From positions 905 to 64,904 of IMG/VR virus record IMGVR_UViG_3300030385_001875: 64,000 nt of DNA; one strand, given 5' to 3'. A program made the position numbers and the translations under genes. The stretch is from a virus. Its lineage: Duplodnaviria; Caudoviricetes. Below are positions 29,983 to 43,200 of the stretch, piece by piece. Under the pieces are notes generated by a model. It was given only the letters and a program-made list of their open reading frames with translations. It did not search any database and was not told the origin of the DNA. How positions within the stretch are numbered: the first letter of the stretch is position 1; each line of letters opens with the position of its first letter.

Positions 29983-30275
29983 CAGGATTAATAGGATGAG
30001 ACGTTGTGAGAAGAAGTTATTGGTTTTATCTGGCGATAAAATTTGTCGAAACGTTTTATTTCTCGGCTTATTGGAGAAAAACGAAAGGGCCATCTCTCTC
30101 CACGTCAGCTTGGTCACCGACAGTTACGGAATATACTTCGAGGGCTTCGAGGGCTTCGTGGGACGGGATTACTGTTGACAGGTCAGAGGGAGCTTGGTCG
30201 AAAGAAAAGGGAACCCGATCAGATTGGGGACCAGAAAAAGCTCCCAAGAAAAGTGATTGGGAAAGGTGAAAGGGA

Positions 30276-32786
30276 ATGTTAAAGAAAGCATATGCGAATT
30301 TCTCGTTAGGCATACACGGCAGTGCTGGATCTCAGCCTAGCGTAAGAGAAGTTGCTGCCAGAGAGATCCGTAACATGGATGTTGATCTCGATGGGAGGCT
30401 TGTACGCAGGTTAGGTAAGGATCGTAAATGGGCTACCCAGTTAGCGGGAGATATCAAAAGAGTTATCCCTGCTTACTATACGGGAACCAACGAACTCTTC
30501 ACTACTGAACGTACTCACCTTTTTGTTCAGACAACCACCAATATGTATCATTGGAACGGATCAGCTTTTACAACCTTGACTCTTCCAACAGGTGTAACCC
30601 CCGCAACGGATTTCACGGATTCGTTCAGTTACTCGACAGCAGGAGGAAGACTGTTTCTTGCCAATGGCAAGGTAACTCTGTGGGTGGATATATCTCTACC
30701 AAATCCAGTGGTCTACTACTGGGGGGCGACCCCACACAAATCTCCCAGTGGGGGATCATCCTACCAAATAGATGGTGCTGATCTGGAAGGGATGCCTAAA
30801 CTTAACGTGCAAGCGATAGAGAGAAAAACGGGTGACGTTAAACACCAAGGGGTAGGTGTAGGGTATCTAAGTACGGATTCAATGTATGCTTACTCTTTCG
30901 CTTATTACAACGAAAGCTGGGGAATATTTAGCGGGTTATCTGATCGAGTGATATTCAAACCAGAGGATGATTTTCAGACAGCGTTCCTTACTGGGATGGA
31001 ATATAATCCTGATCCGCAAATCACGCATATAATAATTTATAGGTCAGATAGTGTTGCTGTCTTACCAGAGCTTAATAGTCCTGCTAATAGCAGAACGAAC
31101 AGTGCGAACATAGAAGTTTTAATGAAAACGGCTCCTTTATATGCTTTTGCTAAGATTGAGAACAAGGCTCCTATTGTAGGAGTTGCATCCCATACTTCAG
31201 ACCAAACTCTTGATACAGAAACCTTAGTCGTTAGCAGTATGAACTTTAAAACCCACGGAGTTGTTGTCGGTCAAAAAGTTAGAAACACAACGGCAAATGA
31301 AGGCTATGAAGTTATCGGGATACACACAACGCACACTCAATACGACACGCTCTATTTAACGAGAGCACCTCAAGTACTACAAGCATTCAGTGCTGGTGAT
31401 GGTTACCAGATACTGTTTGATAGCTTTTATGATAAAGGAAGGATAACAGGTGTCGCTCAACCGGGAACCAGTGGGGCTTCCGGGGAAGAATCAGAGAAAC
31501 TTTTGGTTGACGGCACAAAACCTGATTGGGCTAAAGCACCTTATGACCCCACAGGTAGGGATATCATCTTCTGGGACACTTCTACTGCTAGTGAAGAAGG
31601 GCATGTTCTTTCTATTAAAGATGATAACAGTTACATGGATGCAGACAGGTTTACCCACACCATACAAGATACAGCTTTCGTTGCAGGTAAATTGTATCAG
31701 GTACGATACGGTAAAACGGATCAGGCAGTAGAAGGGAGTAACCCACCTTTCGACACAGCACATATAGCTCATCATGCAGGGAAACTCTGGGCAGCACAAG
31801 CTAAGAGTTCTACAGTTATCTTCTGCGGGATGAACACGACAGGAGATGGTATCTATGATTTGTTTCCTGACGAAGATGCCGAGATGCCTCATATAATTTA
31901 TATCAACAGAGGTGATGGAACAGAGATAACGGGATTGCAACCTGCACATGACGGTCAAGTTCTTCATGTATTAAAGGAAGCAAGCCTAACCCATATCAGG
32001 GGTAGCGGGGTGATATCGGGAATGTATAATGTAGGGAGATCTGCTTCTCCTGTACAGATAGATCTCGATGCCAGTGCTACCAGTCACGCAGCAGGATGTG
32101 TCGCCCCAAGATCAGTTGCTAATGTAGGGGGTGATCTAGTCTATTTCTTCGCTAGAGATAAACAGATATGGGGAGCAGCAGGAACACAGATTCAGCCAGT
32201 AAGCCTTTCCATACAGAGACATTTAAACCAGATACCTGATAACAAGGTAAGTGAAGTTGTTTCTTGGGGGTACAAGAACAAGTTGCATGTAGCCTTTACT
32301 GACGGATCGGTTGCGTATAACAACAGGGTTGCAGTCCTTGATCCGCAACGGAAGATGTGGACGATGTACGATTCATGGAATATCAGGGATGCTGTCTGGA
32401 GTCAAGGCGGGACTGATGATGGAGTGTCGTTTGCTGGAACTACAGATGGGTTTAACGATTATGTAGATGTCTTGTATACGGGAACAACAGATAACGGGTC
32501 AACTTTTAAAGGAAGTTATACGACTAACGAACTTCAGTTTCAACAGGAAACGGTTCTAATGGGAGTTTATGTTTACTCCTTAACGAGTACAGGACTATTA
32601 GCGGTGACTGTTACGGCTAATAATGTTACAGTAGCTAATCAGGTAGCGTTTACGCCCGTAGCTTCTAATAGATATAGGTTAGGGGTTCATGCCAGAGGAA
32701 GAGTTTTTACTATCAAAGTGGAAGGCACAGGGTTAGACCTTATAGACAGGATAGAGTACGAATATCAGGTTAGAGGACAACGATGA
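30276..32786 (+). CDS. Tail hub/nozzle (P22 gp10 / tubular protein B-like)
   Basis: NFSLGI..AREIRNMDVDLDGRLVRRLG; GCVAPRSVANVG..VYF; beta-propeller-like composition. Confidence 0.65.
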   Translation: MLKKAYANFSLGIHGSAGSQPSVREVAAREIRNMDVDLDGRLVRRLGKDRKWATQLAGDIKRVIPAYYTGTNELFTTERTHLFVQTTTNMYHWNGSAFTTLTLPTGVTPATDFTDSFSYSTAGGRLFLANGKVTLWVDISLPNPVVYYWGATPHKSPSGGSSYQIDGADLEGMPKLNVQAIERKTGDVKHQGVGVGYLSTDSMYAYSFAYYNESWGIFSGLSDRVIFKPEDDFQTAFLTGMEYNPDPQITHIIIYRSDSVAVLPELNSPANSRTNSANIEVLMKTAPLYAFAKIENKAPIVGVASHTSDQTLDTETLVVSSMNFKTHGVVVGQKVRNTTANEGYEVIGIHTTHTQYDTLYLTRAPQVLQAFSAGDGYQILFDSFYDKGRITGVAQPGTSGASGEESEKLLVDGTKPDWAKAPYDPTGRDIIFWDTSTASEEGHVLSIKDDNSYMDADRFTHTIQDTAFVAGKLYQVRYGKTDQAVEGSNPPFDTAHIAHHAGKLWAAQAKSSTVIFCGMNTTGDGIYDLFPDEDAEMPHIIYINRGDGTEITGLQPAHDGQVLHVLKEASLTHIRGSGVISGMYNVGRSASPVQIDLDASATSHAAGCVAPRSVANVGGDLVYFFARDKQIWGAAGTQIQPVSLSIQRHLNQIPDNKVSEVVSWGYKNKLHVAFTDGSVAYNNRVAVLDPQRKMWTMYDSWNIRDAVWSQGGTDDGVSFAGTTDGFNDYVDVLYTGTTDNGSTFKGSYTTNELQFQQETVLMGVYVYSLTSTGLLAVTVTANNVTVANQVAFTPVASNRYRLGVHARGRVFTIKVEGTGLDLIDRIEYEYQVRGQR

Positions 32787-33157
32787 GGGGCAGGGGTTCT
32801 AAGTTAGCAAAAGCAAACAAGCATCCGTTAAACCAATTATGCAGGGAAAAGATGGAAGAGGCGGGAGAAGGGGTTAACGGAGGAGCACAGTATCACCATC
32901 AAGCTATAGCGTTAACATTATATGATTCAGAAGAGATGTGGGATTACTCTTTACTTGAAGAAAAGTTCGCTCATATGGAAAGATATGGAGACCCGCTAGA
33001 ATCTTTAAAGGATATGCTTGACGCTGGCCCATCTATTGACAATGAAAGCACGTTAGAAGAAATTTCGGAAACATTAATGGAGTCTTGGGTAAGCAAACTG
33101 CAAGAAGAAGGGTCTTGGTCTCCGATGGAAGACTCTCGTTTAACCATAAGGGGGTAG
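32783..33157 (+). CDS. Hypothetical protein
   Basis: ATGA overlap with the previous gene. Confidence 0.55.
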   Translation: MRGRGSKLAKANKHPLNQLCREKMEEAGEGVNGGAQYHHQAIALTLYDSEEMWDYSLLEEKFAHMERYGDPLESLKDMLDAGPSIDNESTLEEISETLMESWVSKLQEEGSWSPMEDSRLTIRG

Positions 33158-33163
33158 GTTGTT

Positions 33164-35521
33164 ATGACGATGACGGCAAACAATAATGTCAGGGAGCGAA
33201 TACAAAAATCTTTCACTGACGCTGCAAAAAAGACAGGGGTTCCTGTTAAGCTTCTGAAGATGGTAGCAGCGATAGAAAGTTCTGGACGACCAGACGTTAC
33301 GTCCGAAACAGGTGCTCAGGGTGTCATGCAGATAATGCCTAAAACCAAAGAAGATATTATCAAGAGACTGGCCCCTAAAGGAGCATTCCCTACGAATGCA
33401 GAAGGATGGGATACAGGGAATGTTGAACAGAATGTTCTTCTGGGAGCGTATTACTTGAAGGATATCTTGGGAATGAAGGGTATTGATAATGATTGGGAAC
33501 GGGCTATGGCTGCATACAATATAGGTCCCGGGAACAGATGGATTAAAAAACCAAACTGGAAAGAAGATAAAAGGTACAGTGCTGCTCGGATGGGGTCTGA
33601 GAATTATAGTGTTAAGACCTATATTGACAGAGCAAACCAGCTAGTCGGAGACAGGGGATGGAGCGATGTTCCTATGTCATCAGTAATAGGAGGTGGTGGG
33701 TCTGGGATGCAACCTGCTTCAGCACCACCTGCTTCAGCACCACCTGCTTCAGCACCACCTAATGCTCCTGCTGCTGGAACGGACATTAACCGTACTCTTA
33801 ACCCCCCATCGCAATACGATCCTTTAGTAACAGAAACTGATGCACCTCCTGTATGGAACGAGCCAGCATTAGATCCTTATAGTGAAAGAAACTATGAATC
33901 TGAGATTGCTGAACAGGCAAGAAACTTTATCGATACTAATAAGTACGTAAATAAGCTCTATCAGAACGAAACCCCTGAACAACAAGCGATAAGGCGAGAT
34001 ACGTTAATAGCTACGTTAAATCGGGATACAGGAATTGGAGGAGACGCTGTAGATTTGTCTCAGGTTGATGATACGAGGAGCCCAAAAACAAGCTTTGAAA
34101 GCCTTGAAGCCTTACCCGCAAATTTTGGGGCTTACGCAATGGGGGGAGAGAATCCTACAAGAATAGGTCTCACTTCAAATGAGCCTATGAGTTGGGACCA
34201 ACAAGTTCGGACACATGTCCAATCGGAGAACCCATTTCCAACAGAGTATAACAAAATGGGTTATGGAGAACTAACAAGGGATACCTTTCAAGGGGGACAA
34301 GATACATATAAGCCTCTATCTCCGATTGGATCACAGGCTGCTGCGAGTCCTCAAGTTGGAGCACAGGCTGCTGCGAGTCCTCAAGTTGGAGCACCTATCG
34401 GACAGATGCAGACGAATATTCCTCAGGGGCTTGAGATCCCACCAGTGAATTATGGGTACACTTCTAATATAGATAAGTTTATGGAAGGGTATGAGCCGGG
34501 AGATATCACTGCTGCTTCTACTGCACCTCCTCTTTCTACGGATACTACTACTGCTGCTGCTTCAACTGATCCTGCTGCTGCTTCAGCATCCCAACCTGTT
34601 GACCCTTTAGTCAAGATAGCAGCGAAGCTGGGCTTTAGTATCCTGCCTAGAGGTGGGGGTAACGAAAAGAAACATATGGATTTCTCTTCTGTGACAGGAA
34701 GTGATAAACCTGAAGAGCAATCTTGGCTGAGAAAAGCGTGGGAAACAGGTGAGAAGTATCTTGAACCTGTAGCTGAATACGGTAAGTATCTTCCTATCCC
34801 TTATGTTCAACAAGGACTTACTGCTATTGACGCTATGTATGATGCGGAAGACGCAGTCACCGCTGCTAACAGGGGAGATTATCTCGGAGCGGTGATGGAA
34901 GGATCAGGAGCCGTCGGTGGAGCTAAAGATTTTCAAGCGTTACAGCAGGGTGGAGGACCTAATCCTCTCAGCGGTTACAACTTACTGGGAGATCACGCTG
35001 AAAGTAGTGATCTGATGAAAGGGATACAGAAAACTGCGACTAAGATCGGGACAGATGTTGCAGGTAAAGCAATCTCGGGAGGATACGGTGGTGGTAGCGG
35101 GGGAAGAGGATCAAGTTCTCCTTATATGGATCAAGCCGATAGTGCTGCTAACAGGTATCGACAACAAGCCCAGAGAGCAAACCAAGATTATCAAAGGTTA
35201 ACAGGTGGTAGACTTTCTGCTCAAGGGATACAAGGACCAACACGAGAAGGTATTATAGGTCGTCAAGCTGCTAACTTAACATCTGCTACTCAACAAAACG
35301 TAACAGGTCTTTATAACCAAGCAGCTTATAGGGAACAAACAGCAAATATGATGAGAGATCAGGAAGATAAACGTAACTGGATGGGGTTACTTGATAACCT
35401 ATCTCAGATCTATGCGATTTCCGAAATGGATCTCGGGGATGACACAGCAACGACAACGGAAGAGAACCCCTTGGGAAACTTCACCTCTCAGATCTTTAGT
35501 ATTCTAGAGGAGGAGATATAA
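33164..35521 (+). CDS. Internal virion/ejection protein with N-terminal lytic transglycosylase (SLT)
   Basis: AAIESSG..SETGAQGVMQIMPKT, NVLLGAYYLK, AMAAYNIGPG. Confidence 0.85.
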   Translation: MTMTANNNVRERIQKSFTDAAKKTGVPVKLLKMVAAIESSGRPDVTSETGAQGVMQIMPKTKEDIIKRLAPKGAFPTNAEGWDTGNVEQNVLLGAYYLKDILGMKGIDNDWERAMAAYNIGPGNRWIKKPNWKEDKRYSAARMGSENYSVKTYIDRANQLVGDRGWSDVPMSSVIGGGGSGMQPASAPPASAPPASAPPNAPAAGTDINRTLNPPSQYDPLVTETDAPPVWNEPALDPYSERNYESEIAEQARNFIDTNKYVNKLYQNETPEQQAIRRDTLIATLNRDTGIGGDAVDLSQVDDTRSPKTSFESLEALPANFGAYAMGGENPTRIGLTSNEPMSWDQQVRTHVQSENPFPTEYNKMGYGELTRDTFQGGQDTYKPLSPIGSQAAASPQVGAQAAASPQVGAPIGQMQTNIPQGLEIPPVNYGYTSNIDKFMEGYEPGDITAASTAPPLSTDTTTAAASTDPAAASASQPVDPLVKIAAKLGFSILPRGGGNEKKHMDFSSVTGSDKPEEQSWLRKAWETGEKYLEPVAEYGKYLPIPYVQQGLTAIDAMYDAEDAVTAANRGDYLGAVMEGSGAVGGAKDFQALQQGGGPNPLSGYNLLGDHAESSDLMKGIQKTATKIGTDVAGKAISGGYGGGSGGRGSSSPYMDQADSAANRYRQQAQRANQDYQRLTGGRLSAQGIQGPTREGIIGRQAANLTSATQQNVTGLYNQAAYREQTANMMRDQEDKRNWMGLLDNLSQIYAISEMDLGDDTATTTEENPLGNFTSQIFSILEEEI
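33713..33760 (+). repeat. Tandem 15-bp repeat x3 (PASAP) in the SLT protein linker
   Basis: cctgcttcagcacca x3. A 30-bp x2 repeat (QAAASPQVGA) also lies near 34332-34393. Confidence 0.85.
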
Positions 35522-35522
35522 G

Positions 35523-37220
35523 ATGGCTAAGTTTACAGAAGCTGAACTTGGATTGGGCGCATCAGCTATCGTTAAAAACATAATGACTTACAAGACGATG
35601 GCAGATAAAGCTCGTACAAGTCGAAGAAGAGACGAAAGTAAACAGCTTTTTCAAAGAGCGAATTTAGAGCTTGATAAGCTAAAGACCGTGATCGATGTTA
35701 AAAAGCTCCAACAGGATCAAGCATACAAAAAAGGTATCCTAGCCCATCAGGACAAAATTCTTCAGTTTAAACTTAATAATGAAAACAGCGTAGAGAACAG
35801 ACAGAAATCTGTTCAGAGTCTAATAAAAAATGAAGCTGTCGGCTTAACTCCTGCACAGATAAAGAACCTCCATATCTGGGCAGCTACAGACAACTCTAGT
35901 TTAATAGATGACATTCTTTCTGGACCTCAAAGCAAGCAACCTAGTGTTAATGATAGAAGCAATTTAAATAAATTGGGAGTTGACCTCCAATCCGAAGTAC
36001 ACGGGGTTCCTGCTACAAAGTCCCAGCAAGAGGCAGAGGGCTATGAAGGTGGGGGGTACGCATCCCGAAAGCATAAACCTCTCTCAGACCTAGTTAAAGA
36101 TTACATTACAGATTACAATACTCCCGACGAAACTCGGGCTTTAGTTCACAAAGTAAGAAACTTGCAGATGCTGGTAAGCAATTTTGCTAAACCTGAGAAT
36201 GCACGATGGATAGGTGGTTCAGAAGATATGGCATTAGACCAAATTGAAAGAGCGTTAAGTTCTCTCAATACTGTCGAAAACCCGCTTAACCCTAAACAGG
36301 GTCGGCACGGTTTCATGTGGCATAAAAAGGCAGGAGGCCAGATAACCGACAAACTAGCTAAAGAAGCTGGGCAACAGTTTGGTCAAGTATGGAATACTGC
36401 TGCCGACTATGAAGTGGGAATGGCAAAGGAACTGAACAACCTGCGATTAATGGTTAAAGCTGCAAAGGGTAAAGGACAGCCCCAGCAACAACAAGGACAA
36501 GCCCAGCAACAACAAGGGCAACCCGGAGAACAGAAAGTCCGTGAAGGTGCAGCAACAGATATATGGAATAGCCAATCGGAAGCTCTTAAGGAAGAGGATC
36601 AGGGTGGGCTTTCTAGTAAAATGACGGAAGGTGTCGGTCCTAGAGATAAGGATCAGCCTAAAGTTTATGAGAAGCTAAGTCGTAGACAGCAAGGAAGATC
36701 AGGTCGTGAAGGAGATCTAGGGGACACGACACAAAATCCTGCTGTTTTACGAGCGCATCTGGGAGAAGACATGACGAGCGAGGAATCATCTGGAGATTAC
36801 CATTTCAAACCAGAGGGTAATAGAGGGCTCATCAAGGACGTAGTAGATAAGGCAGCATCATTTTGGAATACTAGAGGAGGTCAAGAGCTCGAGATTAAGG
36901 ACCGCATAAATTCTATCCAAACGATGGTGACATCTCTTGAAAGGGGTGAAGGTCCTCCTAGACATCAGAAAAAAGTATTTGAAGATATGATGAGTTACGC
37001 TCACGCTCTAGGTTGGCCTGAACCAGAACAGTCAGACTTAAGACTTTCTGAAGAATGGAAATCAAGGATGTTAGCCTTACTCAAAAAATTCACTCGAAAA
37101 GAGATTAAAGCACCTACAGAGAGAAGAGACATGAGTGGAAGTCTTTTAAAAGACACACAAGGTCAATGGTACAACAATATCAATAAGGGGGGTAACAGTG
37201 GCTACCAACAAAACTACTGA
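35523..37220 (+). CDS. Probable internal virion (ejection) protein
   Basis: Helical, Q-rich; sits between the SLT and giant proteins; GGAGG RBS. Confidence 0.55.
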   Translation: MAKFTEAELGLGASAIVKNIMTYKTMADKARTSRRRDESKQLFQRANLELDKLKTVIDVKKLQQDQAYKKGILAHQDKILQFKLNNENSVENRQKSVQSLIKNEAVGLTPAQIKNLHIWAATDNSSLIDDILSGPQSKQPSVNDRSNLNKLGVDLQSEVHGVPATKSQQEAEGYEGGGYASRKHKPLSDLVKDYITDYNTPDETRALVHKVRNLQMLVSNFAKPENARWIGGSEDMALDQIERALSSLNTVENPLNPKQGRHGFMWHKKAGGQITDKLAKEAGQQFGQVWNTAADYEVGMAKELNNLRLMVKAAKGKGQPQQQQGQAQQQQGQPGEQKVREGAATDIWNSQSEALKEEDQGGLSSKMTEGVGPRDKDQPKVYEKLSRRQQGRSGREGDLGDTTQNPAVLRAHLGEDMTSEESSGDYHFKPEGNRGLIKDVVDKAASFWNTRGGQELEIKDRINSIQTMVTSLERGEGPPRHQKKVFEDMMSYAHALGWPEPEQSDLRLSEEWKSRMLALLKKFTRKEIKAPTERRDMSGSLLKDTQGQWYNNINKGGNSGYQQNY

Positions 37221-40200
37221 GTCTCTTATATTTGGGGGGCAGACATATTCATATAAACTTCCTCGAGACCTTACTGAAGAAGAACAAGTTAGGATTAGCA
37301 GCTACACAAAGACTTTCCCTGAACTCGAGCCTTTGATTCAACAGAGACTTAACGATAAAGGGGCAGATGAGCTTATGAGGTTTTTTGATAGGCTCGATAC
37401 CCCTGAGAACATAATCAAGTCCATTAAAAAGGTTCAAAGCGGTGAAGTAAGCTCAGAGAGATTTTATGGAGACATAGCAGCAGGAACACAGACAGGTCTT
37501 GCTGCTGACCAATCACTAGGTGGGACACTTAGAGCAGAGGCTACACAGAGAGCTCCACATTTGGTGAAAACGTTCGCTAAGAATTCCCGAGATATCATGG
37601 TGAACCTGAAAGAAGACCCTGTTAAGTTCCTTAAGGAAATCGGTTGGTCTATGATAACCTCACCTATTGTCATAGCAGCAGGTGGACTTGAGACAACAGG
37701 GAAACTGTTTTCTGGAGATTATGCGACTGATCCTGATTGGAGTTGGAGACCGTTAACAGGTACAGGTGAGAAAGGGAAAGGGGTAGGGTTAGCTGGTGCT
37801 TTACAATTTGTACCTATGCTTGGTGCTGCTACCAGAGCAAGCCGATGGGCAAGGAACCTGAAAGGGTTCAGTGCAACAACCAAAGCGGGTAAAGTTATGA
37901 GCGGAGCGTCAATAGCTCTAGGTAAAGCTGCTCGGTTTACTCCTGAAAGGGCTGTAGGGTACAAGCTTTCTAACACTCTTGCTGATTTACCTTTAGCTTG
38001 GAGAGATGCACTTTCAACCGCTGGTAACCTCGCTGAAATAGATCCTCTTGAACTAGTAGCTGACCTGCCTTTCCAACTGATGTTGAATGCTCCTCAGAGA
38101 ATAGGTCTTCCTACCTTTGCCAGATACATTAAGAAGAGACAACTCAGGAAACAGGCAACCCAAGCAGCAACCCAAGCAGAAGCTGCTGCTAAAGATCCTA
38201 CACAGGTTCATAGGGCAGATATCACTCCCGAAAACTTTGATGAAGAGTTTTCTAACCTGATTGATACCATCACAACGATGGCAGAAGAAAAGGTAGGCCC
38301 AAAAGGTGTTTACACACCGTATAGAGATTTCCTGATGAATCTGGGTGACCAGCTTACGGAAATGGAGATGACTCCTGAAGGGTTAACGGAAGCTAGACAT
38401 CTCGTTGATGCTGCTAAAGAGGTTATCGATGAACTCACTACTAACGTCAGATCTATACTTGAAAACGCTGAACAACATGACCAAGTTCAGGAGATGCGTA
38501 GAGGGCAAGGATGGGGCGAAGAAGAAGTTAAAAATGGACTATCTGTTGTTGCAGCCACGATTAATCAGGAAATACAAAGATTAACAGAAGCTCCGTTCGC
38601 AACCAAAGGAACTGTAACAGCAGAAGAAGCAGAGGGAGTAAAAGCAGATAACGCTAAAAGATTAGAAACCCTGAAAGATGCTTTAGGGCAAATCAGCGGG
38701 TTTGAGCCCACCTTAGAAAACCTTACCTTGGCAGAACGGTTGATGGAATTTACTATCGATCCAGCAAACGTTGGGTATGAGGGTATAGGTGAAAGCATCA
38801 CCTCCGTAACTGAACATCTAGAAGAGTTAGCTTTAGGGTTACTTAGTAACAGTATGGGACAACAAGCCAAAAGCGGTGAAGTGTTAGATGATATTTTTTC
38901 GGACTTCCCGTTTGAAGCTTATACAGATATGAGTCGGTTCTCTAACCGTCCTTTCAGGTTCATAACTGCTCTTGATCAGATGGCAAGCGAAGAACTGGGA
39001 AGAGAAGCTACCAGAGCAGAAAAAGACGCTTACACTCGACGATTCGCTGCTAGTCTTATTAAGATGGCTGGAGCACTCCGTAATGATGGACCTACAATGA
39101 CCACGCTTGTTAATAGTGTTAACATTATTCGTGAGATTATTGCTGGAGTCTTCTCAACACCAGAGAGGACTCAAGGGTTACTTGAAACTGATGTTGCTTA
39201 TATTCCTCAAGGACCTGCTGTAGTAGGGAAACCTTATTCAGGTTGGAATCCTCCCACTGAACAGGAGGCAACGCAGGAAGTAAACGAGGAGGATAAAGAT
39301 GTAGAGGTAGAGGAAGAGGTAGAGGAAAAGGTAGAGGAAGAGGTAGAGGTAGAGGAAAAGGTAGAGGGAGATGTAGAGGAACCTGCACCTATTCACGTCT
39401 CCCTAGATGACATCCTTGCAGACGACACAGTAGTAGCAGACGACACAGTAGAAGAGGTAGAGGAAAAGGAAGAGGTAAAACCACTTACGGGTAAGATCGC
39501 AGCAGAAATAGATAAGTTTGGCGGTCTTGATGACATGTTTAGTGCTGCCCCTTCAATGGCAGACGAAGAATTACGTTCACAAACCCCTCTTACTGATGCT
39601 CAAAAAGAAGAGAAAGCACGTCAATTCGCCTTAAAAATTGGAGTGCTACTCTTTAAGGAAAAGGTCAATGATTTCGGTGAATTTCTCGACTCAATGGTGG
39701 AGCTCCTAGTAAAAAGCCCTGAAGATATCCGCAAACTTGAGATAATGAAGGGGCCTATGGTATCTACTTGGGGGCAACTGCAAGGAGAGGCATATGGGAA
39801 AGGAGACACAGATTTTGCCAACAGCATGACACCATTAGCAGAAGTTGCTGCCTTGGTAGATAAAAGGATGTTTGATCTAACAGGTGAAGCTTTAGAAGAA
39901 GGAGATGAAGATGAATCCAGTGATGATGCTGGTCCAGAAAGGACGGGAGCTCAAGGAACGAGAACGGGTATTCAGGGAGATGCAGAAGCAGGAGGAGGAG
40001 AAGCAACGGATGGAGAAACTGTTTCAGGAGACAGAGGAGAAACTGAAGGAGACCCAGTTATTGGGGACGAAAGAGTCGGAGAAGATATTGCAGTCGATCC
40101 AGAACCATCTCCAGAAGAAGGCCCCGTAGAACAACCCAAACAACCTATTATCCAGAGAATTAAGGATTTCTTCTTAACACCTGTCAGTCAGTCGGATCGT

Positions 40201-43200
40201 CGTGTTCAGCAAGAGTTATCAGAACAGAAAGAACATATATCCTATCAAGCTCAAGACATCTTAACCCCTGATGGGGAATATGCGTTCGCTAATGAAGACG
40301 GGACTGATGCTGCCCATGACCATAAAGCGAAACTGGTTACTTCTTCCACTCTAGGTATGACAGTCTCCCCGCAAATAACTTATATTCCTGAAGGGCTAGA
40401 CACAAATGTACAGGTCGTAACAAGGGATGAGACAGGAGCGATTGTCAAAGATGCAGAAGGTAATCCTGTCTCCGAGACAAAGAACATTGTTAGGGACGGG
40501 TTACTAAGTAAGGTTCAGTTAGAAGCTATAGCTGTTGCAGGACAAACATGGTTGACACGAACGTATCAAGGGTTCCGCAAAGCGATAATGTGGGGACACG
40601 GAACAGGTTCTGGTAAAGGAAGAATGATTGCGGGTGCTATCGTAGAGGCTTTCTCTAGAGTTCCCTCAAACGGGAAACGCAGGGCTTTATGGATAACAGA
40701 ATCTAAGTCGTTAGCTGAAACTGATGCGATGAGAGACTGGGAAGCTTTAGGCCAAGATCCCGAAATGATCTTCAATTTTGATAAAAGTAAGTGGGATAAA
40801 AAGACAGCCAACACTACCAAGAGAGATGAGCAGGGTGTCACAGGTAACGTGGTTAACTTCTTACCTGATGAAGGGGTAATGACTATTACCTATCATTCGT
40901 TGGGGTCAGGGGGAGGAGCAATTTCTGATATATTAAAGAACACTAATTTGTCTACTGAAGAAATGGATCGACAGATAGATGAAATTCTCCAGAAAAAGAA
41001 GGGGACCCAGTATCACAATTTAGTTACAGTTTTGAACTGGTTAACTTTTGGAGAGAAACAACGGATTACTTCTCACAAAACGATGAAAGATTCTCATCTG
41101 AAATGGAAAGATTTTAGCGGTGTTATCGCTTTTGATGAAGCTCATACCATGAAAAAAGTGGGGACAGGAGCAGGGGCGGGAAGTAATGCGATGATAGCAT
41201 TAGGGCTCCAACACCAAACACCTGAAAGCAGAATAGTTTATGCTACTGCGACGGCTGCATCTGAAGTAGATAATTTCCGTTATGCTTCTCGATTAGGGTT
41301 ATGGGGTGAAGGGACAGAATTCGATAACGCTGATGATTTCATTACACATGTAGGTCGAACAGGTGTGGCAGGGCTGGAAATCCTAACTAAAGACATGAAA
41401 GCGTTAGGTCTTTATGTTGCAGCACAACTCAGTTTTGAAGGTGTAGAAGTTGATCCTCTTCATATCGAATTAGATGATCAAGAGATAGAACGTTATAACA
41501 CTTTCGTTAAAGCGTTAGATGACGGGTATAAAGTTCTGGAACAGATTCTAGCTGACAACAGGATGAACCTCAGTAAAAATGATATAACCCAGATGAGGAG
41601 TCAATGGTGGGGCGAACATCAACGACTCGTTAATTCCTATCAAGCAGGATTGGTCACCAGTCAGATGCTGGACGATTTCCAGAATAACTACGGATCTGAA
41701 AACTACACCCCTGTTTTCCAGATGATCTCTACTGGAGAAACATCGTTTGAAAGAAGTATTGACAGGTTATTGTCTAACCCTAAATATACTGACAAGAACG
41801 GTAATATCACTATTCCGCAAGACGAAAACGGTAATTATATTCTATCTGAAGAGATGGTTAATGAAATCGATATTACAGGGAAACAAGATCTCATAGCCCA
41901 GATAGATAAGATGACAGATATACGTCCTTGGTCTGTAGGGCCTGACGGAGATAAGTCTATAAGTGCTAATCGGAAGGATGATTTAAAAGCTGATGGACAA
42001 AAGTATGGGGCTGAGATACCCGCACCTATAGAAGACCTTGTACTGATTAAGGCCCGATTAATGGAAAGTCTCGAAACTGTTACACTTGCCACAATGCCGT
42101 TACATAGTCTCATAGAACATTTCGGTGCTGAGAACATAGCAGAAGCTACAGGAAGAAATCGAAGACTTATTAGCCGACCTAAAAAAGGTGGAGCAGAAGG
42201 TGAAAGAGAATACATTATAGAGAGGCACGGAAATAAAGGGAAATCGTCCGATATACTGGACTTCAAAAACGATGACAAAGAAGCTATTGTCTTCTCTATA
42301 GCAGGTGCTACAGGGCAAAGCTATCACGCTAGTAACGAATACAAGAACAAACGACAGCGAGTTCATTACGTCCTGCAACCCGGATGGGAAGCTGATAAAA
42401 CAATGCAGGGTTTCGGTAGGACTAACAGGACTGATCAGGCATCTGCACCTATCTATCGTATTCTTTCAACCAACCTACCTTCTTCCAAAAGGTTTTCTTC
42501 TGTTATTGCTAAAAGACTGCAAATGTTAGGAGCGTTATCAGAAGGAACACAAAAAGCTGGTGCAGCAGAGATGTTCTCAGGGGCTGAAAGTATCCTGCTA
42601 ACACAAGAAGGAGTTCAAGTTTTAAGGAACTTCATCCGTGATACATGGTTCCGTTCTACTGGAACTGGTTGGAACCCTAGATCTCTTGCTAATCAAGAAA
42701 TTATAAACGATTACTTAATAAACTTACAACATGAACCTGAAAAGACTCTTGTCCTAAGTAATCCCGACGGGTCATTATCCAAGCTTCAGAGCCTAGAAGT
42801 AGAGACAGGACTTGACTTAACAGAATTAGCGCAGATAGAGACAGACATCTCGTTAATCACGCAGGTATATGAAGCAGTAGCAGAACAGTTCGATTTCGCT
42901 AACGAAGCGTATAACAGAATGGGGTTAGAATGGGATATAGCAAATCAGGATGAGATTAATAGTGATCCAATGACTGATCCAGTATACATGCCTGTTCTTG
43001 GAGGCGGTACTGTTGATATGTCTCAATGGTTAAACAGGATGATGACACTTCCTTTCGGTTGGCAGAATTCTATTTTCGGTCTTATTGCGGGTAGAATACA
43101 ATCAGAATGGGATCAAGCGTTATCATTGGGGATTGCTGACACGGGGATTGAATCTGTAACAGCACATAAGATTAAACTCAATCCAAAGATGGAAGATGTC

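Noticed and set aside
29996-30282. Three overlapping + strand ORFs between the GT and the tail hub
   Set aside because: I cannot tell which, if any, is real; there are no motifs.
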